A stretch of 63,807 nucleotides of DNA, filler included, from Octopus bimaculoides (Eukaryota), in the NCBI RefSeq assembly GCF_001194135.2. It is 6 parts of 6 records of this genome, joined end to end, with 100 filler letters (N's around TTAATTAATTAA, not from the genome) between each part and the next. Parts side by side here need not be neighbours in the genome. Positions count along the whole stretch, not along the records: positions 62,567 to 63,807 come from NW_026337099.1; 5 more parts are not named here. One strand, written 5' to 3'. This document shows, in pieces, positions 62,467 through 63,807 of this stretch (position 1 is its first letter; every line of letters begins with the position of its first letter). The notes under the pieces were generated by a model. That model was not told the DNA's origin and made no database searches. It saw only the letters and a list, made by a program, of their open reading frames with translations. Position numbers and translations under genes: made by a program.

Positions 62467-63807
62467 NNNNNNNNNNNNNNNNNNNNNNNNNNNNNNNNNN
62501 NNNNNNNNNNTTAATTAATTAANNNNNNNNNNNNNNNNNNNNNNNNNNNNNNNNNNNNNNNNNNNNTAAAACGACTACACGTGTTTCATAACCAAATTTT
62601 CAAATAGAAAAAATATCAAATAGAAAAACTATCGAAAATCAATTATATTCAAAAATATAGCTAATCTTCAGGTCATATCAACCAACAATAAATAACAAAT
62701 GAATGTATATAAAATACTTATTATATTATTAAAAATATCAAAATTATAAATGTTCCATAATTAACTTTACGTTTACTATAATATAACCTAACAGAAATAT
62801 TATAAGCAAAACTAATTTTAACGAATCTTTCGTTTAAAATACAATTTAAACGAAGTTTTAGGTTAAATTAATAAAGAAAGAAGTAATACTTATCTAAACG
62901 ATGCTAAAAGATTTTAGACTAAAACGTTTATTAGAAAGAATTCTCGTGAAAATATTGCGTAAAGAAAAAGAATAGAATAAATAGATATAAAAACATGAAT
63001 GAAAATTTTATTATGAATGAAAGATTAAACTTTATATAACTTAAATCATAATAAAACAATTAATTATATTGTAAACATTTAATTGAACTTTGAAATCTAA
63101 ATAATTATAGATTCAAAAGAATAAGACTAAGAAACAATATATACTAACAGAAATATTATATGCAAATCTTATCTTAACGAATCTTTCGTTTAAAATACAA
63201 ATTAAACGAAGTTTTAGGTTAAACTAAAATTATAATTATAAACGTAAAATATAAACTAACAAAAATTAATTTGTATAAATAATATAAAAAAGCAATTATA
63301 TCACCATTAGATAAAGGAAAAAACATTTAACAAGATTATTGAAAAGAAATACAAAATTTATCTATTCGAAACTTTAGTTTAAATAAAATTAGAAATGTTG
63401 TACTATTGACTAAACATTAATTAGAAAATAAAGTAATAATCAAAGAAATTAAATAAAAAGACTACTTATTTATCCCATAAATCAAAAAGAAATATTAAAC
63501 AGTATTAATGGAAAAAATTCAACCCTAATCTAATCGAAGTCTTGTTTTAGGCTAAGATGATAAACTTACTACTATTAATACAGTGTTAAAAAAGGTATCG
63601 ACTAAAATTATCATTAAAAATCAATTGAATTAATATAAAAATACATATTTTTTCAAACAATGATATAAAGTCATTTAACAAAGGTAAAACGATGCTGTAG
63701 TTTAAACTAAAATATAGCGAGAGAGAGAGAGAGAGAGTTTTGAAGTGGTGTACAGATATTGTATATTTAGACTAATAAGGTAGTCAGAATGTTGGATGGT
63801 TATGTAT

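Overview
This is repeat-rich, gapped animal genomic DNA, probably a cephalopod (Octopus-like SINE families, very high microsatellite density; species not proven). The only host gene I can support is a plus-strand kinesin-3 of the KIF1A/KIF1B/unc-104 subfamily. It has three motor-domain exons (3316-3494, 6279-6390, 19968-20111) plus an 18-nt frame-preserving microexon candidate (22749-22766, SAEGIK) missed by the ORF track. That microexon sits where vertebrate KIF1A/KIF1B carry a 6-aa loop-12 exon. The next expected exon (K-loop/IPYRDS) is not visible in the remaining ~41 kb. In that stretch, 40833/40834 looks like a recursive splice site (polyY-CAG|GTAAGT), followed by a 63-nt stop-containing cryptic exon and an unexplained cluster of ACCT motifs that are antisense to 5' splice sites. 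The rest is introns filled with at least four SINE families, R4/Dong, CR1-group and Penelope retroelement fragments, hAT/piggyBac/Tc1-mariner/Helentron elements, minisatellites, a hammerhead-like motif and a perfect 72-bp inverted repeat. Five 100-bp gaps carry an artificial TTAATTAATTAA linker, so contiguity beyond 27988 is an assembly assumption. Almost all ORFs in the supplied track are spurious (microsatellites, N-runs, SINEs). Repeat boundaries are approximate unless TSDs or TIRs are quoted.
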